Virus record (IMG/VR): IMGVR_UViG_3300025645_000047
Coordinates: 26,571-90,570 of that record
Length of the DNA stretch: 64,000 bases
From: a virus
Direction: 5' to 3' (one strand)
Part shown: positions 37,617-46,855 of the stretch, one piece after another
Layout: each line of letters begins with the position of its first letter
Numbering within the stretch: position 1 is the first letter of the stretch
Made by a program: the position numbers and the translations under genes
Notes under the pieces: generated by a model
Told to the model about the DNA's origin: nothing
Seen by the model: the letters and a program-made list of their open reading frames with translations, nothing else
Databases searched by the model: none

Positions 37617-40600
37617 TGAGTTGTAAAAGCGGAAGATACGAGTTTAAAGGAGTTAAGATGAGTGAAAAAGACCTTGTTAGGTTTCTTTCACAAAAACAAG
37701 ATATAGTTAATGCTTATAAAGCTCAAGAGGAAAGAATGAGCGATGACTATAAAGCAGAAGATAGAGCTACATTTGAAAAAAAGACTGCTGCTTTACAGGC
37801 AACTATGAATGTTGAGGTTGTATATGATGACCAAGTTGAAACATCAAGATTGTTGGGGAAGAATGACCCAAGAACTAAAGCTGCAGGAAAGCCCGTAATA
37901 GTTATTAATCCTAATCAATTATACAAAACTACTGCAATTCATGAGTTTGGCCATGTATTTATTGATTCACTTCCAGGAGGCATAAACAACCCAAGAATAC
38001 AGAAAGCTCTTAATGAGCTTAGAGGCACACCATTATGGGCAGAAATATCAGAACTGTATCCAGATTTATCTCAAGATATGCTTGAAAAAGAAATACTTGT
38101 AACTGCTATTGGTAGAGAAGGTTCTGAGATATGGGCTGACAATGAAAAAGCTTCCATGTGGGAGTCTTTTTTAGCTTGGTTTAACGATTACATCAAAAGA
38201 ACTTTTGGCCTTGAGAGAAGTGAGGTAACAGCCTTAACTAAAGATTTACTAAGCAATCGGGTGAAAGATATCTCTGTTTCTAAATTAGAAGAAATTGATC
38301 AACAAATGAGATTGCCTATTACTCTAAAGGATAAAAATAAAAAAGTTACTCAAGCTGAAATAGATCTTGCTATAGAGACAAAACAGATAGATAGGAGTTA
38401 TCAAAAATTATTAGGAACAGTTACAAAAGTTCTTAAGAATGAAAAAAGTCTTATTACAACTCCTCAACAGCGTAAAAAAGAAAACAAAAAACAAGAAGAA
38501 CTTTCTAAATTACCTGTTCCTCAAAAAACAAGGCTAGAGTCAATCAAACAACTTGAAAAAGCATTAAAAGATTTTGAGGATGTAGACAAAGCCAAAGGAT
38601 TTACAGAGTATTTAAACTGGTCTTTAGGTCAATTGTATTTTATGAAAAATACACTAGAGAGTAGAACAGAAATGGAGAAAATAGATGAAGAAAGATTAAA
38701 AAAATCTTTTAACTGGTTGTCTTCTTTTAATGTTGTAGATGAAACACAAATTGCTCTAAAAGAATTATCTGATCAAGGAATAATGACTCCAGATCAAATT
38801 GCCACAATGTCACAGGTAATTAATGCTATTCAGGGTTTAAAAAGAGACATCAATGCTAGTCTTATAAAAAATGCACGTAGTGCTTATGTTGGAATGTTAA
38901 TGAAAAATGACGTTAGAACTGATGAGACCTATAAAGACTTAATTAAAGAGGAGTACAAAGAGCTTAAGGCTGTTAATGGTACTGATTTAACAGAAGGAGA
39001 ATACTTGATCCAAGAATTGCAAGCTAGGCAAGTAGAGATAATGGATACAAAAAGAGAAATTGCAGTAGAGAGATCTTTAACTTCTACTACAGCTCTAGGG
39101 ATGTTGTCTTATACCTTACTAACTGAAAAAGAAATGAAGTCAGAAGATGTAGCACTTATATCTAGTCTTCTTGACGCTGCTAGCAACAACATTGAAATTT
39201 ACTCTGTAACAAAAGCTACTGAGGAAGATGCTTTCTTAAAAAAGTTTAATGAAATTCCTGGAACAAACACCAGGAACATGAAAAAGAAATACAAAGGAAT
39301 GTTTACTGTATCTTCTAGTGGAGTTTCGTATTACACTGGAGAATATAACCCAGACTTTCTTGAAAGACACAATGAGCTAGCTAGAGAGCAAGGTGATTCT
39401 GAAATACATAATGAAATGTATAAAGACACAAAGGTTACTTTAGGTTTAAACGATCAAGGACAAAAAGAGTATTACTATACATCAAACATAGAAGATCCTA
39501 AAACAGGAAAAACAGAATCTACTAAACTTGAAATATTTGATGCTGAAATGACTATTCCTGGTATTGAAAATTTAGATCCAGATGAAAGACCAGTGCATGT
39601 TTCATACCAGTACAAAAATGAACAAAAGCACACAGTTACTTTAGAAGAAGCAATTGCTAGAAGTGAGTATTCTAGGTGGTTAAGAATAAATACTGCTAAG
39701 AAAACATGGACTAACAAAGAAGGAATGCAGGTTACAGGAAAAAGACCTATTGCTGAATGGGAAAGTCAAGAGTATAAAGACTTAGAAGCAGATAAAACTC
39801 CTGCGGGAATACAGAAATTTGAAGAACTTGATAGGCTTAAAAGAGACCAAGTAGCTACTGATAAGATGTATGGAGCTAAAAATTCTCTTATTGATAATTG
39901 GAGAGCTGTAAAATTCATAAGACTTCCAGGGGTAATGAAGACAGCTGCATCAAGAGTTGTAGAGGGTCAGTCTATAAAAACAATGGGTAAGCAAGCTATA
40001 AGTGAATTGACAGAAACTCAAGCAGATGAATTTGATGTTGAATCAGGACCTAAGCAATACACTGATTACTCAGAAGGAGAAACATTAAGAGCCCCTACTC
40101 CTTATAGAAAAGCTTTACAGGAAAATGACCAATCTTATGACTTGCACACAATAGGATTACTTCACGCAATCATGGGTAAGAACCATCAAGAGAAGAGTCA
40201 AGTTGAAGCTGCTTTAACTGTTATTACAGAAGTAATGAAAGAAAAGCAATATCCTGTATTAGACAGTCAAGGTAATCAAAAATTAGACAAACAAAGTAAT
40301 TTACCATTAACTGAAAGTGGATCAAAATCTAATGAGTTAGCAAAAGTAAAATCTGTTGCTGAAAATAGGCTTTATGGCCTTACTACAAAAGATTCAGGTT
40401 CATTTAAGGTTCCTGGAACCAAAAAGGTTGTTGAGGTAAATCAAGTAGGAAAAGCTGCATTAAAGTATTTTGGTTCTGTATCACTTGTATTTAATTACGC
40501 AAACAGTATTGTGAATACTGGTACTGGAACAATTTCAAATCTTATTGAAGCTATTGGAGGTGGACTTTATAGTTTAAAAGATTACAGAGCTGCACAGAAA

Positions 40601-41770
40601 ATGTACAACTTTGATTTAAAAAACATAATGGCTGACATGGGGGCAAATGTTCAGACTTCTAAAACAAATTTATTTATGAACTTCTTTAATGCAATGGGGC
40701 CAAATGCATTAAATAATGAATTTGAAAAAGGAAGTAAGATGGAGACTCTTGCTAACATGAATAGTTTACGACCACTTGCAAACATGGGAGAACACATGAT
40801 GCAGGGAAAGGTTATGTATGCTATATTAAATTCAATAAAAGTACAGGATAAAAACGGTACTTTTTTAGACATTAATGGAAAGCCCACTAAAGATAAGAAG
40901 AGAGCTGCTAGTTTAAACGACATGATTACTTTTAAGAAGAATAAAAATGGAGGTATGGAAATGGTCCTTCATCCTTCAGTTATGAATACAACATTCACAA
41001 CTACAGGAAAGCAAGCAGATATAATTCTAGAGACTCGTAATTTAATAAGAAGTAAAATTGATGAATTACACGGTCAGTATACTACTGACATTCAAGCTCA
41101 TGCACAGAGATACATGCTTGGTAAGATGGGATTCTTTTTAAGAAAATGGATGGTACCAGGTTACATTCGTAGATATAGAGGTATAAGTAATTTTTATAAG
41201 CCTGCAGATGCTGAGTTATCTGAAGCTGATTCATTTTACAGTCAAGATCAAAAAAGAAACATGGAAGGGTATTACGTATCTACTTCAAGATTTATAGCCA
41301 AAATAATTAATGACACTAGAGAGGATAAGTTTAATATTGTAAAAAGCTGGAAAGAATTAACTACTGATCAAAAAGCTGGTGTTAGAAAAACTATGGCTGA
41401 TGTAGCATTTATGATAGCAGTTACAATAGCATACAATCTCTTAGCAGGAGATGGAGACCTAGAAGATGATGAGGTATTGATGGCGTATTTATTAAGAAGA
41501 CAGCAATCTGAATTGTTATTCTTTGCTTTACCTAGTGAAGCGTTTAAAATTGCTCAGACACCTACAGCTGCGGTTGGTAACTTAGGTAACATGCTTAAAG
41601 TTAGTAATCATATATTTCCTTGGAATTATGGACAAAGATATGAAACTGGAAAGTATAAAGGAGAGTTAAAACTAAAGCATAGACTTAAAAAGCTTAGACC
41701 AAATATTAAAGATACTGATGATTTTAGAAAAGCACTTGACTTTTTGAATTCAAACATAGGTAAACAGTAA
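37616..41770 (+). CDS. Giant virion protein with N-terminal zincin-like HExxH domain; ORF is open from 37604
   Basis: TAIHEFGH followed by EILVTAIG; long helical remainder. A TAATG stop/start overlap with the RNAP gene favours the start at 37616. Confidence 0.75.
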   Translation: MSCKSGRYEFKGVKMSEKDLVRFLSQKQDIVNAYKAQEERMSDDYKAEDRATFEKKTAALQATMNVEVVYDDQVETSRLLGKNDPRTKAAGKPVIVINPNQLYKTTAIHEFGHVFIDSLPGGINNPRIQKALNELRGTPLWAEISELYPDLSQDMLEKEILVTAIGREGSEIWADNEKASMWESFLAWFNDYIKRTFGLERSEVTALTKDLLSNRVKDISVSKLEEIDQQMRLPITLKDKNKKVTQAEIDLAIETKQIDRSYQKLLGTVTKVLKNEKSLITTPQQRKKENKKQEELSKLPVPQKTRLESIKQLEKALKDFEDVDKAKGFTEYLNWSLGQLYFMKNTLESRTEMEKIDEERLKKSFNWLSSFNVVDETQIALKELSDQGIMTPDQIATMSQVINAIQGLKRDINASLIKNARSAYVGMLMKNDVRTDETYKDLIKEEYKELKAVNGTDLTEGEYLIQELQARQVEIMDTKREIAVERSLTSTTALGMLSYTLLTEKEMKSEDVALISSLLDAASNNIEIYSVTKATEEDAFLKKFNEIPGTNTRNMKKKYKGMFTVSSSGVSYYTGEYNPDFLERHNELAREQGDSEIHNEMYKDTKVTLGLNDQGQKEYYYTSNIEDPKTGKTESTKLEIFDAEMTIPGIENLDPDERPVHVSYQYKNEQKHTVTLEEAIARSEYSRWLRINTAKKTWTNKEGMQVTGKRPIAEWESQEYKDLEADKTPAGIQKFEELDRLKRDQVATDKMYGAKNSLIDNWRAVKFIRLPGVMKTAASRVVEGQSIKTMGKQAISELTETQADEFDVESGPKQYTDYSEGETLRAPTPYRKALQENDQSYDLHTIGLLHAIMGKNHQEKSQVEAALTVITEVMKEKQYPVLDSQGNQKLDKQSNLPLTESGSKSNELAKVKSVAENRLYGLTTKDSGSFKVPGTKKVVEVNQVGKAALKYFGSVSLVFNYANSIVNTGTGTISNLIEAIGGGLYSLKDYRAAQKMYNFDLKNIMADMGANVQTSKTNLFMNFFNAMGPNALNNEFEKGSKMETLANMNSLRPLANMGEHMMQGKVMYAILNSIKVQDKNGTFLDINGKPTKDKKRAASLNDMITFKKNKNGGMEMVLHPSVMNTTFTTTGKQADIILETRNLIRSKIDELHGQYTTDIQAHAQRYMLGKMGFFLRKWMVPGYIRRYRGISNFYKPADAELSEADSFYSQDQKRNMEGYYVSTSRFIAKIINDTREDKFNIVKSWKELTTDQKAGVRKTMADVAFMIAVTIAYNLLAGDGDLEDDEVLMAYLLRRQQSELLFFALPSEAFKIAQTPTAAVGNLGNMLKVSNHIFPWNYGQRYETGKYKGELKLKHRLKKLRPNIKDTDDFRKALDFLNSNIGKQ

Positions 41771-41793
41771 ATTAGGTAAAAAAAAGTCAACTA

Positions 41794-41826
41794 AAAACCC
41801 CTTTGTACATTGTACTTAGGGGTTTT
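41794..41826. terminator. Bidirectional terminator at the convergence of late (+) and early/middle (-) modules
   Basis: AAAACCCCT...AGGGGTTTT with A and T tracts on both flanks, at the strand switch. Confidence 0.85.
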
Positions 41827-41871
41827 CTCATCAACATAATTATTAATCCAAATCACTAAATTAATAAATTC

Positions 41872-42099
41872 TTAATCAAACATTTCTTCTTGCTCATCAT
41901 TTGTCATTCCTGTGATTAGGAACTCTCTGTCTTTTACACTTAAATTTGGCATTGCATCTTGTATTAATGCTCCTCTTTTCCAAGTGTCGTATTGTTCTTG
42001 AGTTATTGGTAAACTTCTTGTAGATGTTTTACCTGATATGATGCTAGTTCTAGATACTTCTAATTTTTTGTCCATAAATAACCATTCTTTTTTATTCAT
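41872..42099 (-). CDS. Small conserved phage protein
   Basis: GALIQDAMPNLSVKDREFLITGMT motif recalled from small phage proteins. Confidence 0.6.
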   Translation of the reverse strand: MNKKEWLFMDKKLEVSRTSIISGKTSTRSLPITQEQYDTWKRGALIQDAMPNLSVKDREFLITGMTNDEQEEMFD

Positions 42100-42410
42100 T
42101 AATTTTTCATTTTATTGTACAGACGCTCGTATTCTGCGTCAATTGCTGCAACACACTTCATAACATCCTTCAAGTCTGTTTGACTATAAAGGATGTTATT
42201 TAGTGGCTTAAAAGGAACTCCTTTTTGAACAAATATTCTTACAAGATTAGAGTTATGAGATTGTGCAGAAACATAGATTGTTAAACCTTGCTCATTACAC
42301 CATGTCATAGCTTCCCAGTTTCTAGAAAAATACCTAGTCTCTATTTCCTTCTCCTGTTGAGCTTTCAGTATTTTCTCTTGAGCACTCTTTACAACTTTGT
42401 TCATGTTCAC
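42099..42410 (-). CDS. Hypothetical protein
   Basis: 103-aa ORF coupled to the next gene by a 1-nt overlap. Confidence 0.6.
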   Translation of the reverse strand: MNMNKVVKSAQEKILKAQQEKEIETRYFSRNWEAMTWCNEQGLTIYVSAQSHNSNLVRIFVQKGVPFKPLNNILYSQTDLKDVMKCVAAIDAEYERLYNKMKN

Positions 42411-42434
42411 ATTCTTTTATCATTTCATGAAGGG

Positions 42435-42914
42435 TTATCTGTTTTCCCATTCAAATGTATTTACACCTAAGATAGAGTTAATCTTTCCTGCTGTACCTTC
42501 TTTAGCCCATCGTACAAGATGATCAGACTTTGCCTCTATTTCTCCATTGCTTAGTAAAGATAATGAATCTACAGGCACCATATAGCTTGTTTTCTTTTTA
42601 AGCAAACTATCAGCAGCATAGCCATTTCTTCCGTCTTTTTGAACAGTAAGTGGTAAGACTTGAACAATTCCATCAAAACTTGTTTTCTTTCCTACATACA
42701 CCATTGTGCAATCTGCTAGAAAAACCTGATTGCAATATGCACCCTTTCTTAAATCACTTCCAATAATATCACCATAATCGTTGACTATTTTGTAGTGTAC
42801 TATTGAATTTTCTTTGTAGTATTCTGATTTTTTCATTTGTTCAATTACGCTATTCTTTATAGAGCATATTGTGCCTACTTCTGCAGGTCTTACTTGTTTT
42901 CTTTTAAATATCAT
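42435..42914 (-). CDS. Hypothetical protein
   Basis: 159-aa ORF in operon orientation with an A-rich leader. Confidence 0.6.
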   Translation of the reverse strand: MIFKRKQVRPAEVGTICSIKNSVIEQMKKSEYYKENSIVHYKIVNDYGDIIGSDLRKGAYCNQVFLADCTMVYVGKKTSFDGIVQVLPLTVQKDGRNGYAADSLLKKKTSYMVPVDSLSLLSNGEIEAKSDHLVRWAKEGTAGKINSILGVNTFEWENR

Positions 42915-42943
42915 TTTGTGATTTTTTAATTATGTTAATTATT

Positions 42944-42965
42944 ATAGGGGCTGTTACGCCCCTAT
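42944..42965 (-). terminator. Hairpin / probable terminator
   Basis: ATAGGGG...CCCCTAT in an intergenic gap. Confidence 0.55.
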
Positions 42966-42970
42966 TTATT

Positions 42971-43531
42971 TTAATGAAATACTTTATTTTTCAAAGACAA
43001 TGAATAAGGTCTAAGTCTATTTTGAATAAACTCTTCTCTATTCTGGTCTGTCCATCCTTCAAAGTATTCAAGTATTGGTTTTACGTCAGCAAAGCTTTTT
43101 ATTTCTTTTTGTAAATTGCTAACTTCTTCCCTCTGTTCAAAAATATTTGTTCTTAACTCGGCTATAAGCAATTCATATTTTGCTTTTATAATATCTACGT
43201 CTGTAATTTCTTCTATTTCAATAGACAAAGATTGTGCTTTGTTGTTTTCTATTAATTCAGAAAATACACCTAAACATTTATTATAGATTCTAGCATCATA
43301 ATCTAGTATAGCATGAAATGATTTTTCATGATGTATTATAGTGGCGTGATTGTGCCCTATAGCATCTCCTATTGCTTGATATGGATATCCAAAATCTCTT
43401 CCTAACCTTGAAAAAACTTTCTTAGCATATACAATTTGTCGAGACCTACTTTTTTTCATTATTGAAAATCCGTAGTATTCTTCGACAAGTTGCTTTAGCC
43501 TAATGAGTTCATCTGCTTTTCTAGATTGCAT
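42971..43531 (-). CDS. DnaA domain IV-like helix-turn-helix protein with coiled coil
   Basis: KKSRSRQIVYAKKVF...YQAIGDAIGHNHATIIH resembles the Bac_DnaA_C signature (RDHTTVLH). Confidence 0.7.
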   Translation of the reverse strand: MQSRKADELIRLKQLVEEYYGFSIMKKSRSRQIVYAKKVFSRLGRDFGYPYQAIGDAIGHNHATIIHHEKSFHAILDYDARIYNKCLGVFSELIENNKAQSLSIEIEEITDVDIIKAKYELLIAELRTNIFEQREEVSNLQKEIKSFADVKPILEYFEGWTDQNREEFIQNRLRPYSLSLKNKVFH

Positions 43532-43658
43532 TATCTACTTTTTCCATTAAGTATCTTAATTGACTTCTCTCGAAGATGCCTATTACTACATCATTAATTT
43601 CAAGAGAAAAGTAATCTTTCCTGTGAGTTTTCTTAAGTTCTACATTTAATTCGTCCAT
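43521..43658 (-). CDS. Small hypothetical protein (45 aa, below ORF-track cutoff)
   Basis: MDELNVELKKTHRKDYFSLEINDVVIGIFERSQLRYLMEKVDNAI* fills the gap and overlaps both neighbours. Confidence 0.6.
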   Translation of the reverse strand: MDELNVELKKTHRKDYFSLEINDVVIGIFERSQLRYLMEKVDNAI

Positions 43659-44161
43659 GGGTTATCTAGTTTTACTGTTAATATATCGATGTGATTCTCT
43701 ACCACTTCGTCTTCATGATTGGGAGGAGCAGACACAACATCAGGAACTCCCTTATCTAATATGTCAGAAATTCTTTTACTATTACTAAACCCTCTTGATT
43801 TAATATAGTCTAGTATTTCTAACTTTTGCTTGTCCGTATAGTCTTTATACTCTCCTCTGACAAACTTCTCTCTTGCCTTCTTCATCTCCAATGTCAACTT
43901 AAATTTGTAGACAACGTGTTCTCCAAAATCTGCATGTCCAACATATAATGGATCTTCCATCAGCCTTCCCTCGTATTTGAGAAATTGTTGATTGCTGCTC
44001 CAGTTATACATTACACAAAATAGTTCGTCTCCATCTGCAAAAGATACGTAAGTATTTTCTAAAAACTGAAACAAATCAAAATTAACTTTTGAATGAAGCA
44101 AAGGTAACATATAAGTTAAACTCTTGTTCTTACTTATGTTTATTTTAAATCTTGGCTTCAT
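43646..44161 (-). CDS. Hypothetical protein
   Basis: 171 aa; 4-nt overlap with the exonuclease gene. Confidence 0.65.
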   Translation of the reverse strand: MKPRFKINISKNKSLTYMLPLLHSKVNFDLFQFLENTYVSFADGDELFCVMYNWSSNQQFLKYEGRLMEDPLYVGHADFGEHVVYKFKLTLEMKKAREKFVRGEYKDYTDKQKLEILDYIKSRGFSNSKRISDILDKGVPDVVSAPPNHEDEVVENHIDILTVKLDNPWTN

Positions 44162-45249
44162 TTATTAGTTATTGAATTATACGTCATTTCTACTATTCCA
44201 TCTGATTGGATTTCATCATAATTGTATGGAGAATTATTATTACGAACACTGTAATAGTAATCATCTAACAAATCACACACACCTCTGTATTTGTATCCAT
44301 GCCTATCTGTAAATCCATTCAATGATGCTGTATGCATGTCTTCTGACACACGAAACTTCATTGGTCTATCTGGATTAAGTTTAGATATGTACACAAACTC
44401 AAATGGCTTTACAATGTATCCTGACAATTCAAAATCATTGTCTACAATAGTCTTTATTGCTTCTCTGTATAGTGTTCCTTGAATATAATACCTATGAGTG
44501 GTATACAATATAGGAAAATCTTTACAGGGAGACTCGCCTGTCTTTAAATCAATTGGAAAAATAAGCTTAAGGTCGTGGTTTATTACTAAACAATCTAACA
44601 TACCCTTGCATCTTCTGCCATTAACTATTGTATCAAACTTGTATTGATAAATAATTTCAATTCCAGGAACTCCAGTAGCAAAATATTTAGCTGTGTATGG
44701 ATGTTGAATTAACGTAGCAGCTGTATGTGCTGCATGCAACCACATCTCAGGCTTAATTAAATTCTTACCTCTAGACTTAACCTTGTCTTTAAAGTATTCA
44801 GAACCTGCTTTAACAACTGTTTCTTTTAATTTATCGACACCATAACTCTTGTAAATACCTAGCTTAGTTGCGTGTAATTCAAACTCAGAACTATAAGTAC
44901 TTAGTTTAGAAGATATCTTTGAAGACTTTCTTCTTCCTAGTGCAGTAATCCCGGTTGCAATTTCTCCTTCTTTGCCATCTAATCCTTGAAGAATTAGGTC
45001 ACAAATATTCTTAACATTTGTTGTTGGTGGTTTAGCAGCGACACCTTTATGGAATGTTTCTTCAACCCTTTCTGGTTCAAAACACATCATGTCAACTAAA
45101 CTACCAAACTTTAAATTGAAGCTCTGTTTCACGCCTCCTACTACATCTACTCCTTGCTTATCTATTGCAGCAAGCATAGAGTAAGATGGCAGCTCTAGAT
45201 CCCTGTACGTCTGTTCAGAAATTGCTAGATTGTGATCTTGTATTGCCAT
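44158..45249 (-). CDS. PD-(D/E)XK exonuclease (exonuclease VIII / DUF3799-like)
   Basis: SYSML, FGSLVD, KGMLDCL...IDLKTG, YYIQGTLY. Confidence 0.8.
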   Translation of the reverse strand: MAIQDHNLAISEQTYRDLELPSYSMLAAIDKQGVDVVGGVKQSFNLKFGSLVDMMCFEPERVEETFHKGVAAKPPTTNVKNICDLILQGLDGKEGEIATGITALGRRKSSKISSKLSTYSSEFELHATKLGIYKSYGVDKLKETVVKAGSEYFKDKVKSRGKNLIKPEMWLHAAHTAATLIQHPYTAKYFATGVPGIEIIYQYKFDTIVNGRRCKGMLDCLVINHDLKLIFPIDLKTGESPCKDFPILYTTHRYYIQGTLYREAIKTIVDNDFELSGYIVKPFEFVYISKLNPDRPMKFRVSEDMHTASLNGFTDRHGYKYRGVCDLLDDYYYSVRNNNSPYNYDEIQSDGIVEMTYNSITNK

Positions 45250-45250
45250 A

Positions 45251-46084
45251 TTAAAATATATATCTTATTGATTCTACATTAAACAACTCAGAATATTCTT
45301 CTTTGAATATTCTTATTGCTTTTCTTTTTAATTCTAATGGGTACCTCATAACTCCTGATGTATTCTTAACTTCGTTAGAATGACTCATTAGTTCTTTAGC
45401 TTCTCCATTAGACTTTTTCATTTGCAATGGGTGATTAGTTAGAAATATAACTTCACACTTAGTCTCCCCCGCAATATCATTAACCATCTTAAACAGATTT
45501 CTATACTCTGTTCTAAACCCATCATATAAAATGACTGGAGAATAGTTAATGTGCACTTCCCATCCTAGCTTTCTTAACCTGTTTATATCTTCTATCCTTG
45601 ACTGTATGCTTTGCATTTTTGGTTCAAGAATATCTGAATATATCTGAGGCATTACACTGACTCTAATCCTTGGTTTCTTATTAAAGTGATTAACATCAAG
45701 CTTTAACAACCCGGGATACTTAGTGGCCATAGTACTGTTTAATTCATCATGGTCATCATACATCTTAAGGTAATCTATAAGAGGTATTGGACAATGTTTC
45801 TGCATAAGAACTAAATCTGTATTGCATGCAACATCTACCATTTTGTAAACAGGATCCTGCTGATCAGGAACTTTCTTATAATTCTTAGCCCACTCATAAA
45901 CAGAGCTGACTATGTCTAATACATTTGTATTAACAAATACTCTGACTCCATTGTATCTAGACATATAACAATAAGTGTCAACGCAACCTCCAAAGCATCC
46001 GTAGATTAAATTTGGAGCAATTGCGTTGGCACTATTGTCATTAGGTTTAGTTACAAGAGTTTTAGTAACTTGGTATCTTATCAT
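45251..46084 (-). CDS. splB: Spore photoproduct lyase-like radical SAM enzyme
   Basis: GCFGGCVDTYCYM cluster motif, DVACNTD (cf. B. subtilis EASCTSD), ATKY, RIRVSVMP, NYSPVI, C-terminal IRYIF. Confidence 0.8.
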   Translation of the reverse strand: MIRYQVTKTLVTKPNDNSANAIAPNLIYGCFGGCVDTYCYMSRYNGVRVFVNTNVLDIVSSVYEWAKNYKKVPDQQDPVYKMVDVACNTDLVLMQKHCPIPLIDYLKMYDDHDELNSTMATKYPGLLKLDVNHFNKKPRIRVSVMPQIYSDILEPKMQSIQSRIEDINRLRKLGWEVHINYSPVILYDGFRTEYRNLFKMVNDIAGETKCEVIFLTNHPLQMKKSNGEAKELMSHSNEVKNTSGVMRYPLELKRKAIRIFKEEYSELFNVESIRYIF

Positions 46085-46359
46085 ACACTTCCGGAAGGTA
46101 TTAACTTAATATCTATTGTGCTTATATCTCCAAACTCTATTCCTAGAAATACATCTGACTCAGTCATTTGATCTCTAAATAAGTGTCCAGGTAAAGATTC
46201 TACTTCTTTAAATAAAGCTCTGCCACTAAATGTGGCTCTACCTGTATCTCTTAATTGTTTAAATAATCTCATTCCATATTGATGTACATCCTCCTCATCA
46301 GAAATAAGCCACTCAATAAATTCCTTAGTTGTTATAGTATACTTCTTTTTATTTGACAT
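46081..46359 (-). CDS. Hypothetical protein
   Basis: 92 aa; ATGA overlap with the SPL-like gene. Confidence 0.6.
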   Translation of the reverse strand: MSNKKKYTITTKEFIEWLISDEEDVHQYGMRLFKQLRDTGRATFSGRALFKEVESLPGHLFRDQMTESDVFLGIEFGDISTIDIKLIPSGSV

Positions 46360-46360
46360 A

Positions 46361-46855
46361 TTAAAATAATTTAATATAAACTCCAGGATTTTCCTTATCT
46401 ACTGAGTAGAGTGGGAACTTTCTTGGGTCTGATTGATTAATTAATTCTCCTGTTATACTCATAGGAACAGGAAATACAAATCTGACATTATCATCCTCAA
46501 TAAAATCATGAGCAGTCATTAAGTCTTGTAGTATTTCAACACTGTTACTAAAGTCAAAGAGTCTTTTGCTATTACGCACTTGATGATATCCTATTATAAT
46601 AGGATCATCTTTACCTGATTTCATTCCATCAAACGCAGCTCTCATAGCTTCAAATTGATTAGGCCTTTTTGGGTCTACATATCCTTTAACTGTCTTTTTA
46701 CGAGAGTTAAATCCTTGTATGCCTATAGATCTAAGAAATTTAGAAACAGTAGGAGACGAGAAGATTCCTCTACTCGTCTTTACCTTACTGTTCTTTAAGC
46801 TTGGGATGTTGCCCGGGATAAAAATCATGTCTTTTATCTGCTTTCTTTTTAACAT
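46361..46855 (-). CDS. rusA: RusA-like Holliday junction resolvase
   Basis: IPGNIPSLKNS, RLFDFSN...LQDLM...IEDDN, DKENPGVYI. Confidence 0.7.
   Translation of the reverse strand: MLKRKQIKDMIFIPGNIPSLKNSKVKTSRGIFSSPTVSKFLRSIGIQGFNSRKKTVKGYVDPKRPNQFEAMRAAFDGMKSGKDDPIIIGYHQVRNSKRLFDFSNSVEILQDLMTAHDFIEDDNVRFVFPVPMSITGELINQSDPRKFPLYSVDKENPGVYIKLF

Noticed and set aside
132-40923. Many short antisense ORFs within + strand genes (and + strand ORFs within the - strand module)
   Set aside because: They are fully nested opposite well-supported genes, with hydrophobic/Ser/Phe-rich composition typical of shadow ORFs.
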